Assembly (NCBI GenBank): GCA_965261545.1
Contig: CBDHDF010000002.1
Coordinates: 64,001 to 128,000, forward strand
From: Bdellovibrionales bacterium
Lineage (GTDB): Bacteria; Bdellovibrionota; Bdellovibrionia; Bdellovibrionales; UBA1609
Length of the DNA stretch: 64,000 nucleotides
Direction: 5' to 3'
Within the stretch, counting starts at the first letter, position 1. Every line of letters starts with the position of its first letter. The position numbers and the translations under genes were made by a program. This document shows positions 10,890-19,768 of this stretch, piece by piece. The notes beneath the pieces are model-generated. The model made no database searches. It was not told the DNA's origin and saw nothing but the letters and a program-made list of their open reading frames with translations.

Positions 10890-12355
10890 TAAGAACCTCC
10901 TATGTTTGGAACAAGACTGTCATATTGAGACAATCTAGGTTGAAGTGGTTTTTGTTGGTCATTCAAATTAATTTTGGTGGGATTTCCTAAGAGCAAATCT
11001 TTTATGGATTTAAAGTCGAAAATCTCACGACTTTCTAATTGAAGCTCCATGGCTGTAGATAAGTCCTGCCAACTCACATGCTGAATCAAGTTGATAACTC
11101 TTAAATATTCATGCTCGGCACGGCTTGAATCTTGTTGCTTGAGGTATTGATAAAAATTTTCAAACACATTTGTTGGAAAAAGAATGGATCGGTGAGCCCA
11201 TCTTACCATGGCTTGCGGCTTACGAACTAAAGAGGGAAGGATATGTTCAAGAAGAAGACTATGCTCCCCATCAGGTTTTCTTTGATGGCGAGCGACAATT
11301 TCTTGCTTCCCTCCTGCACGATAGATCGTGACATGATAGGGACCCTGTACGGTTTTACAGGGAGATTGGATCACCTCATCAGGTATGGAATATGTGGTTT
11401 TACCTATTCTCAAAGTCCCATAACCATTACTTTGACAAATATTCACCTTACAGAGAATATCTTCATCTCGTGGAGGCAAAGGCTTAAGAACTTTGGCCTC
11501 CTCCTCAAAGCGAGATTTGGTGGAGTCACTCTGATGCTGATCCATATAAGACTCTAAAAACTGATTCAAATGATCCCAGTCTTTAAAAACAATTCCTTTG
11601 TTTCTAACAATATTTTTTATCCGAGAACTGAAGGTTCGAATATCACGCTCCACATCTCCCTTGTCAGAGCCCTTCCCTGCGCGGCAGGGAAGAACCTTAA
11701 ATCCATAGTATTGGATGGCTCGATCAAAAGATTGGGTGTAAATTCGCTGATTTCCTTTAAGAACTTTCTTCACACAGGGAGATAAATTATCAATACGGAT
11801 GTTCGCACTCATCCCACCTATCTTTTCAAAAAAAGCATGCACCCCATCGATGAAACACTCATAGACAAGAAAGGGGTAGGCACGAACCCAACAGGTGCCA
11901 CTACAAGGCAATGTTCCAAAATGGAGATGAACGATCTGAACACCATCGGCAAATGGTAAAGCAACCTTCTCCTTAAAATCAAACTGAGCCTGTTCTCCAG
12001 GATCATATCTTTGGCTGAAAAAACGCTCCTTGGGGCGAGAACCAAGAATCTCACAAACTCTTCTCTGAACCGTTCTCTCACTCCCACGATAACCCTCCTC
12101 AACTAATAGCTCATATATTTCACGGGCGGTGTTACTTGGGTTCAACTTCAAAAAGTACTTCACCCGATCCATATATCCATTAAGGGGATCTGGGCGAGTT
12201 CTTTTGGACCTCGCCTTGTACTTCGGTGGGGTGTTGGACTCACAGTACTTGCGCACCGTCTTACGATTGATCCCTAATTCACGAGATATTTCTGTCTTAT
12301 TTTTACCACTGTGACTCAGGTCACGAATGCGGCCGAAAGTGTATTGACTAATCAT
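10889..12355 (-). CDS. istA: IS21 transposase
   Basis: N-terminal HTH (EISRELGINRKTVRKY), PGEQAQFDF, IDNL and DKGDVE. Start placed at ATG 12355 after a GAGGAGG RBS. Confidence 0.92.
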   Translation of the reverse strand: MISQYTFGRIRDLSHSGKNKTEISRELGINRKTVRKYCESNTPPKYKARSKRTRPDPLNGYMDRVKYFLKLNPSNTAREIYELLVEEGYRGSERTVQRRVCEILGSRPKERFFSQRYDPGEQAQFDFKEKVALPFADGVQIVHLHFGTLPCSGTCWVRAYPFLVYECFIDGVHAFFEKIGGMSANIRIDNLSPCVKKVLKGNQRIYTQSFDRAIQYYGFKVLPCRAGKGSDKGDVERDIRTFSSRIKNIVRNKGIVFKDWDHLNQFLESYMDQHQSDSTKSRFEEEAKVLKPLPPRDEDILCKVNICQSNGYGTLRIGKTTYSIPDEVIQSPCKTVQGPYHVTIYRAGGKQEIVARHQRKPDGEHSLLLEHILPSLVRKPQAMVRWAHRSILFPTNVFENFYQYLKQQDSSRAEHEYLRVINLIQHVSWQDLSTAMELQLESREIFDFKSIKDLLLGNPTKINLNDQQKPLQPRLSQYDSLVPNIGGS

Positions 12356-14054
12356 AAGATCCTCCTCATTGCTAACCTTTTGAGTTGCAAAAGGGAGGGA
12401 CTCTGTGAGCTTAGTATCTATATCAGAAGAAGAGACTTCATTGTCTAGTATTTGAACACTCCCTGAAGATTGGTCACTTTTCATTGGCGACAACCTCCAT
12501 ATTGAAAGTGGGACATTTTAATTGGCGACGGCTTTAAGGGAAGCCTGTCTTCAGAAAGAAATTCCATGAAAATTGAGGCAAATGTTGGAATCTTGTGGAA
12601 TTTAAATACTTTAGAAAATGGGCACAGCCTAAACAGGCTTTTCTTGACTATATATTTAACCTCATTGAAATCCAGAAACAGTCTACAAATGACAAATATG
12701 GAACCTGAATAGGCTGTCATGGAAGGACTCTCCAACACGGAGCCCCTTTCCAGGTCGACAAGAACCCAAAAGGAGTTCTTATCAGCTCGGAGCCTTTTTA
12801 TGAGTAATATCAATTGATTATATGCGTCTCGGTTGACAATGCCAAAAATCACCATAGGTCCTCCTCTGAAAAGTGGCCACTTTTCATTGGCGACGGTGGG
12901 GCATTTTAATTGTCAGCTAACACAATACGCCTTAGTTGAGGATGGTAAGGTATTTCGAATCAATGACAACAATAAAAACTTCTTCGAAGGTTCTGTTGGA
13001 GAGTTTAAAAGATTGGAAAATCAATGGATTGTTAATAATTACGAAAATTTTATAAAAAAACTGAAAACTCCAAATTCATATCTGATGAATCGGGAGTAAT
13101 GAAAGTGGCTTTGGCTTCAAAAAAACAAACAGAGGTTTTTAGTATTAAGCATCACAGAATTCCAGAAGACCTTGATCTGGATTACTACAAAAAAGGTTCG
13201 GCCATGAAAGGGGCTTATTATTCCGCCGCTTTTATCATAAGAACTCTTGTCGCAGAAACACTAGATATTAACCCGGAGGAACTCGAAATAGGAAATATCG
13301 TTGGAACCAAAGTGAATCAAAAAACAGGAGGAGAGATCAGAATCAATGATAGCTTGCCTAACGGGGCTGGATTTTCCACCTGGATAAAGGAAAATATTTC
13401 GGACATTCTGAAGAAAATAAAATCTGAAAACAGTGACAGTGCTTTTATAAAAAAAATTTACTCTGAGGTTCATCAAGAAGATTGCAAATCCTCCTGCCAC
13501 CTCTGTTTGAAAGCTTATCGTAACATTAACTATCATGGACTTCTGGACTGGCGACTTGGGATATCTCTTCTCAAAAGCTTTATTGACATGAATTATAAAG
13601 CCGGACTAGACGGTAACTTCCGGGAGCCAGAATTAAAAGGTTGGAAAGAAAATACGAAATTATTAAGAGATGAATTTTGTAAGAATTTTCCATCGTGTTC
13701 TCCAAGGAATTTTAAAGAACTTTCTGGTTTCTCGGTTAACGAAGCAAATATTGTTATTCTTCATCCTTTTTGGACTAAAAATTCTCCCTTAGTCAAAAAG
13801 TCTATCAATGGTAATGAATGCAAAATCATTGATACGTTCAATTTATTAAGAAGACCCAGTTTTGTTTACAAAGAAATTGCCGAGTTTCCTTAAAATGTAC
13901 CACCTGATTTCCTCAGTAGTGTACCAGTCGATTTTAAATCGGTATAGAGAATTCGTAGAGGTTTGCCTAGTAGCTCAAGGACCGCGCGGTTTGTGGATCC
14001 GATTTGAGGATAAACTCCAACACGACCCAGTGAAGGTATGGGTTCAATTAGCGT

Positions 14055-14128
14055 GAGGAGCCGTGACGGACCCGTAGGTTCTGTGAGAGGAGGGGGCCTC
14101 TCGGCCCCCTCCTCTTTTGTTCTTGATC
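14055..14128 (+). ncRNA. Degenerate group II intron 3' end (domain V/VI-like); the hairpin may double as a terminator
   Basis: GAGGAGCCGTGACGGACCCGTAGGTTCTGTGAGAGG resembles domain V with internal deletions. Perfect 13-bp stem at 14086-14115 followed by a T-rich tail. Confidence 0.55.
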
Positions 14129-14148
14129 TAGGGGAGCCATGCGTATAC

Positions 14149-14190
14149 CCTCTTGACAAACTACATAAAAACATGTAGTTTGTCAAGAGG
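14149..14190 (+). promoter_or_regulatory. TA promoter/operator: perfect 18-bp inverted repeat overlapping -35/-10
   Basis: CCTCTTGACAAACTACAT-6 nt-ATGTAGTTTGTCAAGAGG contains TTGACA and a -10-like TAGTTT, and lies just before the toxin start. Confidence 0.8.
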
Positions 14191-14197
14191 AGCATAA

Positions 14198-14524
14198 GTG
14201 GCAGCTAAGAGAGTCAACTACTATGTGACAATAAATGGTAAGTCACCTTTCTTAGAATGGACTAACAATTTGGATATTAAAAGCCAGGTTATTGTTGATC
14301 GCTTTATACAGAGGGTTGCTCAAGGTGGTGCTAAAAAATCAATAAAAAGTTTAAAGGATGGTGTTTTTGAAATTAAGATCCCACATGCTTCTGGGTTGAG
14401 AGTGTATTTTGGAGAGGGTGGTGACCAACTCATTCTTCTCCTAATTGGTGGAAACAAAAGAACACAAAGTAGAGACATAAAAAAAGCCAAGGAGTATTGG
14501 AGTTATTATGGCAAACAGAAGTAA
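14198..14524 (+). CDS. RelE/ParE-superfamily (HigB-like addiction module killer) toxin
   Basis: GKSPFLEW, DGVFEIKI..GLRVYF and LLLIGGNKRTQSRDIKKAKEYW; toxin-first gene order. Confidence 0.9.
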   Translation: MAAKRVNYYVTINGKSPFLEWTNNLDIKSQVIVDRFIQRVAQGGAKKSIKSLKDGVFEIKIPHASGLRVYFGEGGDQLILLLIGGNKRTQSRDIKKAKEYWSYYGKQK

Positions 14525-14822
14525 AAGCTATGATGAAGTATTAGCTAAGAAATTTGAAAACCCTGAGTACGCCAAAAGCTACTTATTAAACATCGTTGAA
14601 GAAGAAGGGCTTGCTGTGGATACAGCTCTTCGTGAAACGATCAAAGCAATGGGGCTTCAAAGCTTTTCTGAAAAATCTGGCCTTGCCATTCAAGCTGTCT
14701 CCGATTTTGTGGCAAATAGACAAAAATGGAGTACAGATAAACTTTCAAAACATATTGGAGAAGTTTTTCATCTGAGAGTAAAATTATCTCTCGAAAACTC
14801 TGATCCAAGCGAAGTGGCATAA
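14508..14822 (+). CDS. Cognate HTH antitoxin (HigA-like)
   Basis: Overlaps the toxin; has the NPEYAKSYL motif and an Xre-like HTH. Confidence 0.8.
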   Translation: MANRSKSYDEVLAKKFENPEYAKSYLLNIVEEEGLAVDTALRETIKAMGLQSFSEKSGLAIQAVSDFVANRQKWSTDKLSKHIGEVFHLRVKLSLENSDPSEVA

Positions 14823-14839
14823 TGAAGATATGCCCATTC

Positions 14840-15088
14840 ATCTTGTTGCGTTCTCGGCCGCAACAAGATTTTTGCCCTTGATTCCGCAACACATACGCAA
14901 CAAACGCCTAGGTCAGTTGGACGTATCTTCAAGGTTTTCTTGACGTTGGTTTGAAGTGGGAAAGGGCCGTATTTGCTGAATTTTCATGGACTTAGGGGAG
15001 AGCTTCGTCTTTCAAAGGTTAATGATTACAAAATGTTATCAAAATTAACCTTTCACCTGTTGGAGAAATTTGTCTTTAGACGCGCCGG
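14840..15088 (+). repeat. Island terminal att arm, copy 1 (249 bp)
   Basis: Matches 33646-33821 plus 35637-35709 with 5 mismatches. Contains CGCAACA repeats and two inverted repeats. Confidence 0.9.
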
Positions 15089-15144
15089 ACTCAAAATTCG
15101 GTTCTGGTAACAGAGTGGGAGTTCGATTCTCCCCGGAGGCACCA
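15077..15144 (+). tRNA. 3' fragment of tRNA-Leu(CAA), an att-site relic lacking the 5' acceptor strand
   Basis: TAGACGCG, anticodon arm CCGGA-CTCAAAA-TTCGG, long variable arm, GTTCGATT T-loop and CCA end. No upstream GCCTCCG. Confidence 0.88.
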
Positions 15145-15167
15145 AATGTCACTTCACAGCATCCACT

Positions 15168-16508
15168 TCAATCTTCCATTTTCCACATTTTTTCATTGAG
15201 TATTTCTGCAATTCTTTTGGTATCCATCTTCGGTTTTCCACAGTAGTGATGCTCGTTGACATCTCGGCCATGGCCAAGAATGGATGCTCTTTCATCCAAA
15301 GACATGCCAGCTTCTTTGGCTGTCAGATTAAACCCTCGGCGCATATCATGCCTTGTGTAGGGCACGCTGTAGTCTTTCCGAACCTTTTTACCATCTTTAT
15401 ACTTCCTCGTCGCTGGGCTGGAACTCTCTTTAGCCTCTGCCAAACCAGCAGCAATAAATAAAGCTCCCCAGGCACCACTTACAGAGTCTACTCTTCGATA
15501 GACAGGCTTTGGACTCTTGGTCGATAAACGACAATCTACCATTGTAAAGATAAATCGTGCATCCACTGGAACCAATTTGCCTTGTTGGCTGGGAGCGTAA
15601 CCCACAACCCGGTGCTTCATAGCTCTTTCCACCAAAGGTTTGAGCATATCCAAAACATCCGTAGGAATGATTGTCTCTCTGGTCTTTCCATATTTGGGTG
15701 ACCATTGCATTCCATGCTTGGTGGGACACTCCTTGGGTTGAATCACCCAATGACCTGTCTCCCAATTGATATCATCCACTTCTAAATACAACCACTCCTT
15801 TGTTCGCGCCCCTGTACGAAAAAGCCCATAGGCAAATTCTTTGATAGGGAAGCCGTAGCGATGTGTGTAGTTTGCGGATAACAATTGAGGAAGAATGTTT
15901 TTTGAAGGGGCCACCGTTCTTGCCCTTTCTTCTTTGGGCACTGAAATGGCTTCCACATCCACCCAAGGGTTTTGAGGAATTAGTTTTCTCTTTTTAAGCC
16001 ATTTAAACAAACGCTTTATGGCATTGAGATCATTAAAAGCAGTGACTCTTTTAATCTCTCCCGCCTTCACACGCTTAAGTAAATGTCTCCGAAAATTATA
16101 AGCCTCATATTCCGTAAGTTTGTGAACATAATTGACCTTAAACTTTTTCTCCAACACGGCAGCGACAGGAAGCATTCTCGTTTTTTCCGTGTGAAGATAA
16201 TTGGGTGAAGCCCCTTCAATTTGAAGGTGCTCTAAATAGTCGTTGATAGCCATTTCAAAAGTTGAAAGCTTGCTAGAACTCTCTTGGAACTTTTCAAGTT
16301 CTTTTTCTGTAAAAAGACCCTTGGCAAGTTCCTTTTCTTTTTTACTGGCATTTTTTCTAGCTGATTTTTCATCGTTACCAGGAGCACGACCATAAAACCA
16401 CTTTCCATTGGGGAGTTTAAATTTCCAGTACCAACCCCATTTGCGTTGATGCACATAAACTCTTGGAGTGTATTCAAAAGATACTTCAAGTTGTACTAAT
16501 TCGTTCAT
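15168..16508 (-). CDS. Tyrosine integrase
   Basis: TGAR, SPK, RHDMRR, LGH and HHY catalytic pattern; transcribed toward the tRNA fragment. Confidence 0.92.
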   Translation of the reverse strand: MNELVQLEVSFEYTPRVYVHQRKWGWYWKFKLPNGKWFYGRAPGNDEKSARKNASKKEKELAKGLFTEKELEKFQESSSKLSTFEMAINDYLEHLQIEGASPNYLHTEKTRMLPVAAVLEKKFKVNYVHKLTEYEAYNFRRHLLKRVKAGEIKRVTAFNDLNAIKRLFKWLKKRKLIPQNPWVDVEAISVPKEERARTVAPSKNILPQLLSANYTHRYGFPIKEFAYGLFRTGARTKEWLYLEVDDINWETGHWVIQPKECPTKHGMQWSPKYGKTRETIIPTDVLDMLKPLVERAMKHRVVGYAPSQQGKLVPVDARFIFTMVDCRLSTKSPKPVYRRVDSVSGAWGALFIAAGLAEAKESSSPATRKYKDGKKVRKDYSVPYTRHDMRRGFNLTAKEAGMSLDERASILGHGRDVNEHHYCGKPKMDTKRIAEILNEKMWKMED

Positions 16509-16804
16509 AGTCTTTCTCCTTTAACCCGATCACTCTGTTTTCTAGAAAGTTGCAGAAATGAATCAAGGTCAGATTTTAGAAAGACTAGACCCTCCTTAGT
16601 AAAGTCACAAAAAGTCAGCCTCCTTGATCTCAGTGCATGATAGCGTATGCTATCAACGCTGCACCGACAGTAAAAGGCGGCTTCTTTTTCATTAAATACA
16701 TGGTGATTAAACACCATTATTCTTTCTATTTGATTGTCAAAGAGCGAGTCTTCAGTAGACGCACAGGACGACGGACTGGTGATTTTTTTATTATCATAAA
16801 GCAT
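16505..16804 (-). CDS. HTH excisionase-like protein
   Basis: FNEKEAAFYCRCSVDSIR...FLKSDLDSFL; translationally coupled to the integrase. Confidence 0.7.
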   Translation of the reverse strand: MLYDNKKITSPSSCASTEDSLFDNQIERIMVFNHHVFNEKEAAFYCRCSVDSIRYHALRSRRLTFCDFTKEGLVFLKSDLDSFLQLSRKQSDRVKGERL

Positions 16805-17302
16805 AGTATTTTCTCCTTAAAAGATCACGAAAAAGGTGAACGTTCGTCTAAAGATGAACGGCCGTATAAAAATGAGTGGCCGCATAAATCTGATAAACAA
16901 TGAGCGCAAAAAGTGTTCTTCCCGAATTTTTTGTCATCGGACATAAATCTTTCTTAAAAAAGATATTAAAAAATTTCCTGAATGCTTCATGAATACCTCC
17001 TTATGGGTATAGTTTGGTTGGGTGAGCCATATAGCTCACCGGCGGGGAATTGTTAATGATTTGATGAATGTATCTGGTAGGTGTTTGTTGAATAGAATGA
17101 TTGAATATCGCCTTCATTTTTTACAGCACGAAGACGAGGAGTGAACCGTCCGGGGGGGGGAGTGAATACGAGGAACCCCCCAATTTTGAGAATTTTTTGT
17201 TGACGACGGGCAAAAAAATCACTTTTAGCCCTTTTCAAAAAGGCCAAAAAGGATGTAGGCCATGGCCGTTCACAAAAAGTCCAAATAAAGAAGGAGTCAG
17301 AA

Positions 17303-17581
17303 ATGGCAAAGTTTAAACACTTAACAAAAGAAAAACTAAATCATGTCCGCAATCGCCTTTTTGAAGTGTCCAGTGGCCTCAATGGTCTAGGCTCTTTGTT
17401 TGAGTCTCAATCAGTACACTTTTGCCCCTCACCAGATGAGCTTTACGGCATTGGACAGCTCTTGAAGCAACTCTCCCGTGAAGTTGAGGTTCAGGAAGAC
17501 ATCCTAAATTGTGGTTATGATAGTCAAGCCGTGAAGAAGAATTTGGGGGAGACACCAGTGTTAGACTCGAAGAAAAGTTGA
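17303..17581 (+). CDS. Hypothetical island protein (92 aa)
   Basis: AAGGAG RBS; divergent from the xis-int genes. Confidence 0.55.
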   Translation: MAKFKHLTKEKLNHVRNRLFEVSSGLNGLGSLFESQSVHFCPSPDELYGIGQLLKQLSREVEVQEDILNCGYDSQAVKKNLGETPVLDSKKS

Positions 17582-17683
17582 AAAAAGGGAGGCAGAAATT
17601 ATCTTGCCTCCTAGCCTTTCTCTTCCTTCTCATACCCTGCCACGTCCTGCCCTCTCATTGAGATCATTACACCGAGGACTTCA

Positions 17684-17860
17684 TTAGAAATCCAACTTCT
17701 TACCAGTCAGTTTTTCGGCGAACCGTTCCGATGAGGAAAGCCCCTTGGCAATCCGAGTGAGGGCCATTTTTTCTATCTTTGAAAAGATGGTGGGAGCCGC
17801 ATAACCTGATCCTAAAAGCAATAAAATGGTGACAATAGCCTTAATAATACCTGTATTCAT
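17684..17860 (-). CDS. 58-aa small protein with one N-terminal hydrophobic helix (absent from ORF track)
   Basis: AAAGGAGG RBS, then MNTGIIKAIVTILLLLGSGYAAPTIFSKIEKMALTRIAKGLSSSERFAEKLTGKKLDF. Confidence 0.6.
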   Translation of the reverse strand: MNTGIIKAIVTILLLLGSGYAAPTIFSKIEKMALTRIAKGLSSSERFAEKLTGKKLDF

Positions 17861-18262
17861 TGGTCTTCCTCCTTTGGTAAAACCACCAGTGGTTGGTTTA
17901 TGTTTATTTTCTATTTGGTTTTAAGCCCAGTTTTGGGCTTTGTTCATAGCAGTTTTCAAGCTGCCTTATCTTATGGCCACCATGGAGCCGGCCGTTTTGT
18001 CAATATTTCTTGAATCATTATTTTGTGGAATGAACGGCCGCATAAACTTGAGCTTCATTTTTCGTAACATTCATGGGGGCGCCTTGCTTCCCCACCCACG
18101 CCCATGAATCTTATCTAGGCCCCCACTTCTTTGCACGAAGCAACTCGGTGGACAGCTTCGCTGGTCTATATAATTGGCCTCTTTTAGTTACTCTGGACTT
18201 TTGATGGTATTTTTGTCATGTATGATTCCGATACAATAAAGGATAAAGCAATAACATTATTG

Positions 18263-18449
18263 GAAGGTGATAAGATGAGTGGCCGTTGAATAGATTGGTA
18301 ATTTTAATTCCGTGAAGTAACATGGTCTTGAGCTTTGGATCGAACCCACGCATGTACCTGCACTCTGAGTGTATGGACGTATAGTAAGTTGACCTATTTT
18401 CGCTTTAGAATTTATGGCAAAATCCCAAGGCTCTAGTTTTATCACCTTC
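18263..18449 (+). ncRNA. Candidate IS110 bridge/seek RNA
   Basis: Closed by the GAAGGTGATAA/TTATCACCTTC stem and carries short matches to donor and target flanks. Position and size suit IS110 left-end RNAs. Repeated in copy 2. Confidence 0.5.
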
Positions 18450-18477
18450 TTTTTTTCTAACAGAAAGGAGGAGTCAT

Positions 18478-19680
18478 GTGGATATTATTTATAGTTCTGT
18501 TTGTGGAATAGATGTTCATCAACATATGTTGATGTGTACGATTGTCAAAGTGGAAGACGGTAAGAAGAAGTTTTTCACAAAAGAGTTCAAGAATTTTCCA
18601 AAAAATTTTCCTAGAATGCGCTCTTGGATGAAGCCACATAAGGTTGAGAGAGTTCTTTTTGAGAGCACAGGGATTTATTGGAATTCTTTATACGATGATT
18701 TGACAGAAAAAGGTTATGAAGTAGATGTTATCAATGCCTTTCATGTCAAAAATATTACTGGTAAAAAAACTGACGTGTTGGATAGCCAGTGGATTGCAGA
18801 GCTTGGTGCTTGTGGTCTTCTAAGAGCTAGCTTCATTCCTCCACGTGAGATTCGTTCTATTAGACTTTTGGCTCGTTATCGTACAAAAACGATCCGCCAA
18901 ATATCTTCGGAACAAAATCGTATGTATAAGGTTCTTGAATATTCAGGCATTCGTTTAACCTATGCAATGTCTAAAGCTGACTGCGTATCTGGTATGGCCA
19001 TGATTCGTGCCATAGCTAATGGAGAGAGATCAGTTTCTAAATTGATGTCTCTTGCCAGAGGGTCTTTACGTCAAAAGACCGAAGAATTTTCTTACGCCCT
19101 GTCGGGAAAGATGACGGAAGAAAATCGTTTTGTTCTTCAACGCATTCTTGATCGAATAGATTTTTTGAAAAAAGAATGCTCTCAAATTGAAGAAGAACTT
19201 TTCATTCGTATGAAACCCTATGAAAGGCAGTGGCATCTACTCCAGACTATACCTGGAATTGACGAATTAAGTGCAGCGCTTTTGATTGCAGAAATAGGAG
19301 GCAATGTGAAGTCTTTTAAAAATAAAGGAAATTTTTGCTCCTGGATGGGGATTTGCCCATCCAATAATGAGAGCGCAGGAAAAAAAAAGTCTTCACGAAC
19401 GAGGAAAGCGAACACATATGTGAAATCGTTGGTATGTGAGATGGCCAATAGTGCTATTAAGACGAATTCACAATTCAAAGGCAAATACCAATCACTTGTT
19501 ATAAGGCGTGGGCACAAGAGATCAGTGATTGCCGTTGGTCACAAAATGATGGGAGTTGTTTATTCAGTCATAAGTAATGACACCCCCTACAAAGACCCTG
19601 GAATTGACTATGAAAAGCTCATGGTGAAAAAAAATGCACCAAGGTGGATTAGAGCGTTAAAAAAGTATGATTTCATGTAA
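18478..19680 (+). CDS. IS110 DEDD recombinase
   Basis: GIDVH, FESTGIYW, KKTDVLD, TIPGI and ESAGK (catalytic Ser). Confidence 0.95.
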   Translation: MDIIYSSVCGIDVHQHMLMCTIVKVEDGKKKFFTKEFKNFPKNFPRMRSWMKPHKVERVLFESTGIYWNSLYDDLTEKGYEVDVINAFHVKNITGKKTDVLDSQWIAELGACGLLRASFIPPREIRSIRLLARYRTKTIRQISSEQNRMYKVLEYSGIRLTYAMSKADCVSGMAMIRAIANGERSVSKLMSLARGSLRQKTEEFSYALSGKMTEENRFVLQRILDRIDFLKKECSQIEEELFIRMKPYERQWHLLQTIPGIDELSAALLIAEIGGNVKSFKNKGNFCSWMGICPSNNESAGKKKSSRTRKANTYVKSLVCEMANSAIKTNSQFKGKYQSLVIRRGHKRSVIAVGHKMMGVVYSVISNDTPYKDPGIDYEKLMVKKNAPRWIRALKKYDFM

Positions 19681-19768
19681 TGTAGGATGATTTAAAAACT
19701 CGGACATTTGAAAAAATTCGAAGAACGGATAGTGGATTCGTGCGTCCAAACTACCCCGGAGATTCATA

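Larger units (their letters stand above)
9677..12922 (-). mobile_element. IS21-family element, copy 1 (complete, 3246 bp)
   Basis: Ends TGTTAGGCGCCAATTAAAAT and TGTTAGCTGACAATTAAAAT with subterminal repeats. 5-bp target duplication CAATA at 9672-9676 and 12923-12927. Encodes istA and istB. Confidence 0.95.
4761..13893 (+). pseudogene. druE: DruE-like SF2 DEAD/DEAH helicase with C-terminal DUF1998, split by IS21 and a 1-nt frameshift
   Basis: Motifs TSGTGSGKTE, YPMNALVEDQ, VVDELH, TTTMEVGVDIG and QQRVGRAGR, several CxxC pairs, and C-terminal DSLPNGAGF...CKSSCHLCLKAYRN. Frame continues across the IS21 at the CAATA duplication; A7 run at 13054-13060 shifts frame. Confidence 0.8.

Noticed and set aside
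12833..13099. 88-aa ORF as an independent gene
   Set aside because: It is a chimera of the IS21 end and the resumed helicase frame.
15077..15144. Functional tRNA-Leu gene
   Set aside because: The 5' acceptor strand and most of the D arm are missing.
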